Shown here piece after piece: positions 46,583 through 56,900 of a stretch of DNA of 64,000 nucleotides (position 1 is the first letter of the stretch; each line of letters begins with the position of its first letter). The stretch comes from a virus, in the IMG/VR virus record IMGVR_UViG_3300031473_000068; one strand, given 5' to 3'. The notes under the pieces are model-generated. The model searched no databases and was not told where the DNA came from. It worked only from the letters and a program-made list of their open reading frames with translations. The position numbers were made by a program, and so were the translations under genes.

Positions 46583-47935
46583 ATGTCCTTTAATCTTACC
46601 ACTACATCTAATTCTTCCACCAACAGGCACCGCGTTAATCTTTACGACCGCTCCTCTGACGGTACTTTAATTCAAAAAGCATCGCTAACACAAAACCCGC
46701 CCCATCCTGAGCGGACATGGACGTTTACCGATCTTATACCAGGTAAAAATTACCGGTACGAATGGATTGAAATTGATAGTAACGATCAGACTCTACAAAC
46801 ATACGCATCTCAAAATTTTACAACGCTGTCCGGCGGCAGTACAAAAATAAAACTGCCTAAGGAGGTTATTGCAGATTTTACTCCCGGTATTACAAGTGGC
46901 GCATCCTCTTTTACAATGGATGGCGCCACGGGGAAAGACGACTGGCGCGGGTGGGATATTCATTTGGAAAAAATTGGTTTTGGCACACAGTTTACCGAAG
47001 AAAATTACACTTATAACAAGGACACCGGTATATTAACTTTAACTGACCAACTCTCACCTTTTGAAAAGCTATATATTGAATTTATCCCGCAAATAGTAAC
47101 AAGTGCAGCCGTGGCCGGAAGTTCGGCATTCACTGGTGTCCGGTTAATCACTGCCAGTGGTGCAATACTCGCATCTGATTTTGGCACAAATAAAATACTA
47201 GTAAAAGGCGCAACGAATTTCATTAACCTTACACTGCCCGCTATAAATACTATCCCCGAATTTCTGCTTTTGCATATTGAGACTGGCAGGGGCAGTCATA
47301 AATCAGTTACTATTACCAGCACCACACCCAGTGCAATTGACTGGCTTGAAGGTGCAAGAACAAAACTGTACATGGGCATCTGCGAGTCGTTAATTATATA
47401 CCGGTATGGAAATGAAATAAGAGTTGACAGCAGTGACGGCAATTTCAAAACGGTTGGTGAAATAATCAGCGATGATGCCGTTGCAAATAAAGTGTATAAC
47501 AAAACTGAGCTTAACGGAGCGATATTAAGCAATCAGGATTATGCACGCCTGTATTATGATTATGTTTTAAACCTGCCTGCAGAGCAAACAATCAGCTTCG
47601 ATAACTGGTATATCACTCCGCAAAGATATTCTCTTGCCAATAACATTGGACAATTCCATGTACCTGACAGAATGAACTTATTTGAGAGAGCGGTAGACGC
47701 TGCCGGGGAGCGCTATCCTGGTTATTATCAGCCGGCTACAGTAGGACCACACATACATCCTTATCTGACAGGAGATAAACCAGGCATTTCTGATAATGCC
47801 AACGACCGCAATGTTATGGTTCCTATCTCGGGAGAAAGCGAAATGGCTAAATACACCGATACCAATAGCGGCGCCGGAAGTGGCACAGAGACCAAGCCAG
47901 AAAACTACAGTACAAGAAGGTATGTAAGAACATAA
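46583..47935 (+). CDS. Tail fibre-like protein with tail-collar-like C-terminus
   Basis: FN3-like N-terminus; FxVPDxxxxFxR...QxxxVGPHxH...ETKPxN pattern. Confidence 0.65.
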   Translation: MSFNLTTTSNSSTNRHRVNLYDRSSDGTLIQKASLTQNPPHPERTWTFTDLIPGKNYRYEWIEIDSNDQTLQTYASQNFTTLSGGSTKIKLPKEVIADFTPGITSGASSFTMDGATGKDDWRGWDIHLEKIGFGTQFTEENYTYNKDTGILTLTDQLSPFEKLYIEFIPQIVTSAAVAGSSAFTGVRLITASGAILASDFGTNKILVKGATNFINLTLPAINTIPEFLLLHIETGRGSHKSVTITSTTPSAIDWLEGARTKLYMGICESLIIYRYGNEIRVDSSDGNFKTVGEIISDDAVANKVYNKTELNGAILSNQDYARLYYDYVLNLPAEQTISFDNWYITPQRYSLANNIGQFHVPDRMNLFERAVDAAGERYPGYYQPATVGPHIHPYLTGDKPGISDNANDRNVMVPISGESEMAKYTDTNSGAGSGTETKPENYSTRRYVRT

Positions 47936-48007
47936 TTTTAATAACACTTAATGTTAAGTAACAAATCAGCCCTTAACGGTCAAAAGTGCAAAGTTATTTT
48001 TACGAAT

Positions 48008-48556
48008 ATGAAAAACATAATAATAGCTTTTTGTTTTCTGCTTTTTTCCTGTCAGAAGACTGATTGTCCTGATGGCAGGTATCATAAGCCGGGGACATGC
48101 CCGGAAGCAGAACCTGCCACTCCTGTTATAAGCAAAATTAGTGTTCAGCTTTTGCTCAATGATAAAGGTGGTGCAGAAAATACTGCTGATGGTGTTGTTT
48201 GCTCGTTTAGCAAAGATTATTCGTACAATATTGGCGATGAAGACAGCTATAAGTGGAATAATTATCAGGAGAATTTGGCTATAATAAAAGATACAAATGC
48301 TCTTTCGATCAATGGCCAGCCTTTGCCTAAAAGCGGCTCAGACACTATTTTCTTAAAGATATGGAATTATAAACAAGACAGGTATGTCCTTAAAATTAAT
48401 GAAGAAAACTTTCCTAAAAATGTGAAAGTATATGTTTACGATGCCTGGGAAAAAAGGACAGAGTGGGTTCATAAAGAATACAATATTTATTATACAACGC
48501 TTACACCGGAGGAAGCCAATGATTACAGGTTCTCACTAATCGTTGAAAAAATATGA
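48008..48556 (+). CDS. Lipoprotein
   Basis: MKNIIIAFCFLLFS-C lipobox. Confidence 0.7.
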   Translation: MKNIIIAFCFLLFSCQKTDCPDGRYHKPGTCPEAEPATPVISKISVQLLLNDKGGAENTADGVVCSFSKDYSYNIGDEDSYKWNNYQENLAIIKDTNALSINGQPLPKSGSDTIFLKIWNYKQDRYVLKINEENFPKNVKVYVYDAWEKRTEWVHKEYNIYYTTLTPEEANDYRFSLIVEKI

Positions 48557-48602
48557 TGATGAAGTTTTTGCTGATTATATCATTAATGATTTTTATAACA
48601 CA

Positions 48603-50057
48603 ATGAAATTATTATTCTCACTTCTCCTATTAATAACCGTTTCATCACAAGCTCAATTCCCGGGGAGTTTTTCAAAGCCAAACTCCAGCCGGGGTATTGA
48701 GTATAATGGACTAATGGCAGACAGAGAATTGTATATCCCGGTCATTGATACAACTTTTACTCCGCTTAGACAAGGAATTTTGGTTCAAAGGCCCCAGGAT
48801 ACTATCGAGCACAATTTTATTATTTACGGTTGGAACGGATTACAATGGTTGGCTATTTCAAGTGGTGGTAGTGTCGTTGTAGACTCATCTGGCTCAATAA
48901 TAGAACAAGACCCTATATTTTTATCCCACGTTGCAAGCAGTATTACCGCTGCCGATACGGCAAGATGGAATGAACGGTTCAGGCAGAACACTACATATAA
49001 TTATACTGATGGATATTTTTTTGACGGCGATTATAGTGAAGCGAATCCACTGAGAATTAACCTGGACAATTTTTATGAGCGATATCAGGTGGACAGCGCA
49101 ATTGCTGCAAATAAAGCTGATACAGATAGTGCTATCGAACAAATTCAAAGTTCCAGCGGCAGCGGTACAGTAACAAGTGTCGCACTCACGATGCCGGGGG
49201 TGATATTTAATTCAACCGTCCCCGGTTCTCCTGTTACCACTTCGGGAACCTTAGCACCTACACTGGCGACTCAGTCTGCTTATCGTTTATTTGGTACAGG
49301 CAGCACAGCTTCTACACCTTCATGGCTTGCCTCAATTGACAGTAATTATATACCTGCTTTGCATTCGGAAGCTTATTACAATACGAAGTACGGCAGCGGA
49401 AGCGGAGGAGCTAATTCTAATATTGGCTTAGGATACAGATGGGCTGTTCCAAATACGAATAATATAAAGACATCTTTTGCGGGCTATGGAATTATAAAGG
49501 ATAGTACAACAAATGCAAATGGAATAACTGACATTATTGATAGTGCCACCCTTTTAAACGGCTACGTCAGTAATGTTACATTAAATACTCCAAGTGTTAT
49601 TTATACACCGGTAAACTTTTTAGTATCAGGACATACAGCAACCGGAACGTTATCCTTAATATCACAACCTGCCAATCAATTTTTAGCTTCACCAGCCGGG
49701 GGCAGTGGAACACCAACATTCAGGTCTATAACTTCTGCCGATCTGAATGTCAAACAAACACATACAACGGGCACATCTGTAACACTTAATAATGCAACCA
49801 CATGGCTTGTAGTAAATCCTGCTTCTGTACTTTCCGCTTTGTCGGTAACTATGCCTGCGACACCAACAGATGCACAAAGGATTGAAATAAGCTTCGGGGG
49901 TACATTGTCAACCGGGGAAGTTGTTACCACGTTAACCCTTGCAGCTAATACAGGACAGGCTATATTGGAAAGCAGTACGCCCACAACGGTGGCTGCCGGA
50001 GAAACGATTGCCTATAGATATAACTCAAGTAATTTAAAATGGTATCGAATTAACTAA
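48603..50057 (+). CDS. Secreted fibre-like S/T/G-rich protein
   Basis: Signal peptide MKLLFSLLLLITVSSQA|Q; repeated GTVTSVALT/GYVSNVTLN fibre motifs. Confidence 0.65.
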   Translation: MKLLFSLLLLITVSSQAQFPGSFSKPNSSRGIEYNGLMADRELYIPVIDTTFTPLRQGILVQRPQDTIEHNFIIYGWNGLQWLAISSGGSVVVDSSGSIIEQDPIFLSHVASSITAADTARWNERFRQNTTYNYTDGYFFDGDYSEANPLRINLDNFYERYQVDSAIAANKADTDSAIEQIQSSSGSGTVTSVALTMPGVIFNSTVPGSPVTTSGTLAPTLATQSAYRLFGTGSTASTPSWLASIDSNYIPALHSEAYYNTKYGSGSGGANSNIGLGYRWAVPNTNNIKTSFAGYGIIKDSTTNANGITDIIDSATLLNGYVSNVTLNTPSVIYTPVNFLVSGHTATGTLSLISQPANQFLASPAGGSGTPTFRSITSADLNVKQTHTTGTSVTLNNATTWLVVNPASVLSALSVTMPATPTDAQRIEISFGGTLSTGEVVTTLTLAANTGQAILESSTPTTVAAGETIAYRYNSSNLKWYRIN

Positions 50058-50061
50058 AGAC

Positions 50062-50427
50062 ATGACATTACAGGAAACTATAGACAAAATTGATTTAGCA
50101 CACTACATACTTACATCGGGTGCAAATACCTATACGGCTACCGTAAGTCCGTCTTTGAAAAGTTATGTGACAGGTAAACCATTCTTTGCAAAATTCACCA
50201 ATGCCAATACCGGCCCAAGTACACTTAGCATAGATGGATTACCTGCAAAAAATATTTATAAGTCTTTAGCCGTACCGCTTGTAGCAGGAGATATACCAGC
50301 CAATTCTTTAATAGAAATAGTTTATGACGGTACGGCTTTTCAGGTTATTGGCGGAGCGGTTTTATTTGTAACGGTAAGTCAAAAAATAAATTCTGCTGCG
50401 GCGAATTTTGTTCAAACAATAATATAA
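50062..50427 (+). CDS. Tail-fibre-associated domain protein
   Basis: ANTYT...KFTNANTGPSTLSIDGL...AGDI...YDGTAFQ motif common in phage fibres. Confidence 0.6.
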   Translation: MTLQETIDKIDLAHYILTSGANTYTATVSPSLKSYVTGKPFFAKFTNANTGPSTLSIDGLPAKNIYKSLAVPLVAGDIPANSLIEIVYDGTAFQVIGGAVLFVTVSQKINSAAANFVQTII

Positions 50428-50434
50428 AAATCAA

Positions 50435-50878
50435 ATGTCAGCAACAAACTCAAACACGGTTTTATATGCTACAAGAGGAGCAAGGTATCCCGTAATTAAC
50501 ATAGCTTCCGGCACTGCTGCTAATACCATATCGTTGTTAGCTACAGCCGATCCTACTTATGGTTCCATAATAACAGATATTCTTTTTAGAAGTGCTGATG
50601 CAACGGCCAGGGTTTTTGATATTATAATGTGCGCAACAGGCAGTCAGGCTACTCCTGAAAATGCAAGAGTAGCTATAACAATAGCTTTATCTTCAGGTAA
50701 TAATGGAACGACTCCTAAAGCATCATTTGCAGCGATAGCACCTGCACAATTTGATATAGATTTAGCTGGAAACAGGGTCATTAGTTTAGAAGCTGGTCAA
50801 AGCATTTATGTAAAAAATCTTTCATTAACTACGGGAGCCATTTTTGTTGAAGCTAAAATAAGAGATTACGCTCCATGA
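50435..50878 (+). CDS. Hypothetical beta-rich protein
   Basis: 147-aa ORF. Confidence 0.6.
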   Translation: MSATNSNTVLYATRGARYPVINIASGTAANTISLLATADPTYGSIITDILFRSADATARVFDIIMCATGSQATPENARVAITIALSSGNNGTTPKASFAAIAPAQFDIDLAGNRVISLEAGQSIYVKNLSLTTGAIFVEAKIRDYAP

Positions 50879-52758
50879 GTATAGGAATTTCTACCATACC
50901 GACACCTTATATACACGTAGCTGTTAAACGAAGAAAACAGACGTGGTATTCTATTGCTAATGGCAACTGGACAGATAAAAATACTTGGGTAAGTAATTCA
51001 ATAAGGCGATTTGACTTTCCTCAAACGGGGGATGATGTTTATATTAATGATTCGGTAACCTGTAATGCCTCTGCTGTTTTAAATAATTTATACATAAGTG
51101 GCAATTTGTTATTTGACAGCACTGCGCGAACATTAACAGTAAATGGAGATATACAAGCAAATGGGTCAGTTAATATGTCAAATGCAGCCCATAATCTTAT
51201 TCTAAAAGGTGTGAATAATAATATCACGAATTTCACAAGAGGGACAACTGCTACTATAACGTATTCACGTTTTGGAGATCAGGATATAATGGATTTACAA
51301 TACACGAATTTAACTATTTCTGGTGGTGCAGGAACTGGATCATCTCTTTATTATGGTACAAAAAAGCCAACAGCAAATCTAACAACACAAGGCAATCTGA
51401 CTGTATTAACATCAACTTTACAATTGGGTGATAACAACCTTACAGTAAATGGATTTTTGCAGAATACACAAGGTCAGATACTGAAAAGCGGAGGAGGCAA
51501 CGTTTTAATTGTTGGATTATTGGATATGGGTTTTCAAGCAGGGCACGTTCTTGATTTCAGTGTTGGCAATCCCACGGTGGAACTTAGAGGAGGTATTAGT
51601 GTAGTTTTAGACCCCGCCATTATATTTAAAACAGGAACAAGTCTTTGGACGTTCACAACAAATAGCCAAAGCATATCAGGAGTAGGGGTGATGACATCTG
51701 GAGTTAAAACGTTTGATTGTCCTATATTGATTTCAGGAGCTATAACCATATCTGTCGCATCAACTATGGCCATGTTATATAACAATGCGATAAATGGTAA
51801 TAATGCTTCGAGCACTTTCTCTAATAAAGGAAATTTATATACATCAACACCAACACTTCCCATGGTTGTTGGAGTATTTGATTATAAAAATACAACGACC
51901 TCATTAATAGGTTATATAATAACATCGAACCATACACTTCCTTTTAGCAATTACGAAGGGCTTATGATTGGCGGAGGCACAGGAGTAACCGTCAACTTAG
52001 CAGGCAATACAACAATCCGTCGATTGCAGGTGGGAACAGTTTTAGCTGGATTGACTAATACTAATAATAATACTACTAATGCGACTTTGCAATTGTCGTC
52101 ATTTGATATTTCAGTTACCTCAACCACTTCCATATTAGGTTCATCATTGCTGAAAAGCGGTGCAGGAAACGTATTATTTGGGGAGTTGTTGGATATGAGT
52201 GCAAATTCAACTCAAACTTTAGATTTCAGTGTTGGCAATCCCACGGTGGAACTTAGAGGAGGTATTACATTCAATACTGAAGGACCGGTATTAAAAACAG
52301 GAACAGGCCAATGGTCATTTACCACAAATAATCAAAGTGTCTCAAATGCTGTCATTAATGTTTCATCCCCCGCATCAACATTTATATTTGATGCACCTAT
52401 ACTCATTTCTGGCGCAATAACCCTGACAGTAACTCAGGCAGCAAGTTTTGTTTCAAACGTAGTATTTAAAAATAATGTTACGGGAAACAATGCATCAAGC
52501 ACATTGGATAACAGAACAACGATAAACTATCAGTATGTAATTGCTCCAATGCTTACCGGCATCCTTCAAACAAATGCAGCAGCTAACACATTCCTATATA
52601 ACAGAGCAGGAGATCAGGATATAAAAGGAGGCACATACAGAACCTTAACCCTTGCAGGAAGCGGAATAAAAACTTTGCAGGGAAATGTGGTAGCAGCAAC
52701 AGCTTATACTCTTACTGCACCGGCAACTTTAAACTTAAACGGCTTTACACGAACCTAA
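50875..52758 (+). CDS. Beta-helix/autotransporter-passenger-like repeat protein
   Basis: SIANGNWT...W N-terminus; two about 220-aa internal repeats containing LDFSVGNPTVELRGGI. Confidence 0.65.
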   Translation: MSIGISTIPTPYIHVAVKRRKQTWYSIANGNWTDKNTWVSNSIRRFDFPQTGDDVYINDSVTCNASAVLNNLYISGNLLFDSTARTLTVNGDIQANGSVNMSNAAHNLILKGVNNNITNFTRGTTATITYSRFGDQDIMDLQYTNLTISGGAGTGSSLYYGTKKPTANLTTQGNLTVLTSTLQLGDNNLTVNGFLQNTQGQILKSGGGNVLIVGLLDMGFQAGHVLDFSVGNPTVELRGGISVVLDPAIIFKTGTSLWTFTTNSQSISGVGVMTSGVKTFDCPILISGAITISVASTMAMLYNNAINGNNASSTFSNKGNLYTSTPTLPMVVGVFDYKNTTTSLIGYIITSNHTLPFSNYEGLMIGGGTGVTVNLAGNTTIRRLQVGTVLAGLTNTNNNTTNATLQLSSFDISVTSTTSILGSSLLKSGAGNVLFGELLDMSANSTQTLDFSVGNPTVELRGGITFNTEGPVLKTGTGQWSFTTNNQSVSNAVINVSSPASTFIFDAPILISGAITLTVTQAASFVSNVVFKNNVTGNNASSTLDNRTTINYQYVIAPMLTGILQTNAAANTFLYNRAGDQDIKGGTYRTLTLAGSGIKTLQGNVVAATAYTLTAPATLNLNGFTRT

Positions 52759-52770
52759 AAAATAAAACAA

Positions 52771-53193
52771 ATGGCGGCAATCACTTCAGTAAATCTGACA
52801 CTTCAAACAAGGGATTGGGAAACCTTGGTAGGAGTAATATCTAACAGCAACGACCCGGATATTCAGGACCTGCAATTTTCTTTGCAAACATACTATAAAG
52901 CTCAGGCAACAAAGCCTCAAGGTACAGATGCCATTGCTATTGCAACCACAGAGGAGACGGTAATAAAGCTATCAACCTTTCTATACGGAAATACGGTGTA
53001 TAATGTAACGAAAGATAGCGGCACAAGCCCTTTTGCAAGGATAATGACAGCCATAAGATCTGCTAATAATATAGCAGATAACTATATAAGTAATCAATTG
53101 GCAATAAACGATAATAACTATAACCTGGTGTCAACCAATGTAAGAAAAAACGGACGCAGAGTCATTTTACTGAAACAGTATGACAACAATTAA
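52771..53193 (+). CDS. Hypothetical protein
   Basis: 140-aa ORF. Confidence 0.6.
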   Translation: MAAITSVNLTLQTRDWETLVGVISNSNDPDIQDLQFSLQTYYKAQATKPQGTDAIAIATTEETVIKLSTFLYGNTVYNVTKDSGTSPFARIMTAIRSANNIADNYISNQLAINDNNYNLVSTNVRKNGRRVILLKQYDNN

Positions 53194-53346
53194 AGTATTA
53201 CAGAAGAAATAAGACCGCCAAAAAATATAACACTCAGACTAAAGTAACAAATCAGCCCTGTACCTCTACACGTTGAAAAGTATATTTATAGCAAATGCAA
53301 ACCATGCAGCTACGGTATACGTGAATTATTCCTGTAAAAAAAACAT

Positions 53347-53988
53347 ATGAGATCTTTATCAATATTATTATTATTATTTATTGCATGTTCTATGCGTGCA
53401 CAGATCAAAATTCCTGCTCGTATAGAATGTGAAACACCTTCATCATACCGGGGTGGCTTATTGGTTAATGACACAACCAGCCCTGGCAGCGGTGGCACTT
53501 TTGTCTGGATGAAAGATTACAATTGGATGAGTTATTACCTGAACATAGCTTTTGCCGGTAAATACATATTCAAATTTAGGGTAGCCGCTGAAGCAGCAGG
53601 CGCACAAACACAAATACGGAAAAGCGATGGCTCTCTAATAGGAACCTTCACTACGCCTGCAACCGGTGGCTCACGAATTTGGCAAACGGTATCTGATACG
53701 GTAGATTTTGCTGCGGGTAAACAAACGATAAGAATAATTAATGCAAGCGGGCAAAACAATATAGACTGGTTTGAGATAGATGCCTCCCCACCTGCAGCAC
53801 CGCAATTTGTAACAAGGCAATATTTCGATAGTGTGATCAATGTTATAAGCAAAAAGAAAATATTTTTTGATGGAAGGATATTCACAGGAATGAAAGACAA
53901 TGACAATTCAATTCTCATTGGTGACAGCACAAATGCAATAACAATTCCGGCTTTAATCCCGCCAATTACGAATAACGCAGAACAATAA
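53347..53988 (+). CDS. Secreted carbohydrate-binding (CBM6/CBM35-like) protein
   Basis: Signal peptide ...CSMRA|Q; IECE, DWxxY, GxYxFxFRVA, TGGxxxWQTV, NIDWF motifs. Confidence 0.8.
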   Translation: MRSLSILLLLFIACSMRAQIKIPARIECETPSSYRGGLLVNDTTSPGSGGTFVWMKDYNWMSYYLNIAFAGKYIFKFRVAAEAAGAQTQIRKSDGSLIGTFTTPATGGSRIWQTVSDTVDFAAGKQTIRIINASGQNNIDWFEIDASPPAAPQFVTRQYFDSVINVISKKKIFFDGRIFTGMKDNDNSILIGDSTNAITIPALIPPITNNAEQ

Positions 53989-56900
53989 TGAAAAAACTAT
54001 TAATAATTTTATCTCTGTTCATTGCAAGGGAAAGCTTCGCAACTGCTTATTATTTCAGCGATATAAGCGGAGACGACAACCGTACATCGACCCAGGCTAA
54101 AAGTCCTTCTACACCCTGGAAAACCGTTGCTAAACTTAATACCTTTTTTGCAAGTCTTCTGCCTGGTGACAGTGTTCTTTTTAAGCGTGGCGAGACTTTT
54201 TCGGGAGCGGCGATTACGGTTAAGAAGTCCGGATTAGCCGCTGCACCAATAGTTATAGGCAGCTATGGCACTGGCCCGAGACCTATAATAACCTCGCTTA
54301 TTCCGCTTTCAGGATGGACCGTACCTAATTCTGCAAAACCAAATGTTTGGGAAAGTTCCACTATAATAAATATTAAACCGAAGATCGTTTTTCAGAACGG
54401 GAATATTTTGCCGATAGGTCGCTGGCCAAATTTGAGTGACACACTCAAAGGTTACCTGAAATGGGATAATGCAACAGCAGGTACTTTTTACGATAACAAT
54501 TTACCGGCCTCACCTTCCTGGGCGGGAGCGCGGGTAGTTCTGAGGAAATTGCATTGGATATTGGAAGTTGATTCTATAACTTCCCATACTTATAGCAGCA
54601 CCCTGGGTTCCAAAATAACTTATACTCTTGATCCGGGGGACACACGGGTGCCTTATTCAAAAGGTTATTGGATTCAAGGCAGCTTGCTTACCCTTGATCA
54701 GCAAGGCGAGTGGTACTATAATCCAGGCACTAAAAAGCTAAGCTTATACTCTGCTTCATCGCCTTCCGGTGTTGGCGTGGCCTCGCTAAATTCATTATTT
54801 ACTTCCAGTTCGTATAGTTTCATAAAAGTCAGAGACCTTGAATTTCGCTGTGCTAATGATTACACAATAAATATCAGCAGTGTATCGTCAGGTGGTTTTG
54901 AAATTAATAATTGCATCATCAATGGCTCCGGCACAAGAGGTATTAATGTAAGCAATGGAGGAAATATAATAATTCAAAACGATACTATATTAAACAGTCT
55001 TAGCTACGGATTATATCTTAATATCACTAACGGGAAAGTATTAAGAAATTATATCAGAAATTCAGGGGCAATACCCGGAATGGGTGAAAACGGAAGCAGT
55101 AGTTATAAAGGAATTTATTTCGATGGAGCCAATAACCTGGTTCAGTATAATCATGTTATCAATTCCGGTTACATGGGTATCATGTTTACATCGACAACAG
55201 GCACCAAAGTATTAAATAATTTTGTCGATACGTTTGGTTTTGCAAAAGACGATGGCGGCGGAATTTATACACGGGGCAATTCTATTATCAGCGCTGAAGT
55301 ATCAGGCAATATAGTGGGTAACGGAATTGGTGTACCCGAGGGTACGGGAACTACATACAAACAAGTGGTAGGTCTTTACGGAGATGATGGCGCACGGAAT
55401 ATAAAATGGGACGGCAACACCGTCTTTAATATACCTTTCCGGGCCATATATCCTCATGGAACGCAACGTGATACAATAATTAATAACACTACCTACAACA
55501 CTTCAAATGGGATATATTTCGCAGATGATGGCTTAGGCGACACATACTTGTACAACAGGATTACGGGTAATATTTTGTACTCTCCTTTCAAGCAAAAGGC
55601 CATGGGAATGGCGCAGTTAACTGCCACAGAAATGAATGCACTTGGAAGGGTCGACTCTAACTATTATGCTACCCCGCTAAATTTGGGAGATGTTGTTCAT
55701 GCTGATTATAGTCCTTATGCTTTTAGTGTTTCATCATGGCAATCTGCCGTGACACAAGACGATCACACCAAAGTTGCACCTGTTACCTATACTTCGCAAT
55801 ATACTTCTGACACTTCTGTTTTATTTCTAATCAACCCTTCAGAAATAAATAAAAGGTTCACTCTTTCTGGTAAGCATTACAAAGACATAAGAGGAACAAA
55901 ATATTTATATGATACGATCAATATAAAACCTTATGGTTCGGCAATTCTATTTAGAGATACAGGAATAGTTAGAGGAAGTACACCGCCGCCTGCACAAAGT
56001 CCGGTTGTAAGCATAACAAGTCCGCTTAACAATGCCACATTTACCGCCCCCGCTACAGTTGCACTTGCTGCATCTGCAAGTGACCCTGATGGGACCATAA
56101 GTAAAGTTGAGTTTTACAGAAGCACTACATTAATAGGCTCAGTGACCACGGCCCCTTATGCGTATAATTGGGTAAATCCAACGGCGGGAACATACCAGAT
56201 AACTGCCAAAGCTTATGATAATTCAGGACTAACAACAACTTCAGGAAGCATAACCATAACGGTACTGGCTGCAGGTAATACTGCTCCCGCGATTTCACTT
56301 ACAGGGCCGGTTAATGGTGCGCAGTTTACAGCACCGGCGTCAATTCCTTTAACAGCAACCGCTTCTGATGCTGATGGAACTATAACTAAAGTGGAGTTTT
56401 ATAATGGTGGTGCTCTGCTTTATACTGATGTCACAAGCCCGTACTCATATACATGGGCATCTGTTCCGGTGGGAAGTTATAATATTACTGCTAAGGCCAC
56501 CGATAATTTAGGAGCTATTTCTTCCACTTCGGCTACCACTGTTACAGTGTCAGCTACGCCTGTACCGCCCGTTGTAAGTATGACAAGCCCGGCAAATAAT
56601 GACCAATTTACGGCTCCGGGAACTATTGTACTATCTGCTTCAGCCAGTGATCCGGACGGTACAATAACTAAGGTTGAATTTTATAACGGCACCACCCTAG
56701 TTTATTCAGACTTAACAGCTCCTTATACCTACACCTGGAATAGTGTGGCAGTAGGTACTTATAGCCTTACCGCTAAAGCTTTTGATAGTCAAAATTTAAC
56801 CACAACATCAGGAACTGTAACGGTTTCTGTAGCTACAAGCCCTTCATTAAATGCACCGCCGTCGGTGGATCTTACGGCACCTGTTACAGGCTCAATTTTT

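Noticed and set aside
51480-52330. Diversity-generating retroelement template/variable repeat pair
   Set aside because: Differences between the copies are not adenine-specific, both lie inside one ORF, and there is no reverse transcriptase in the window.
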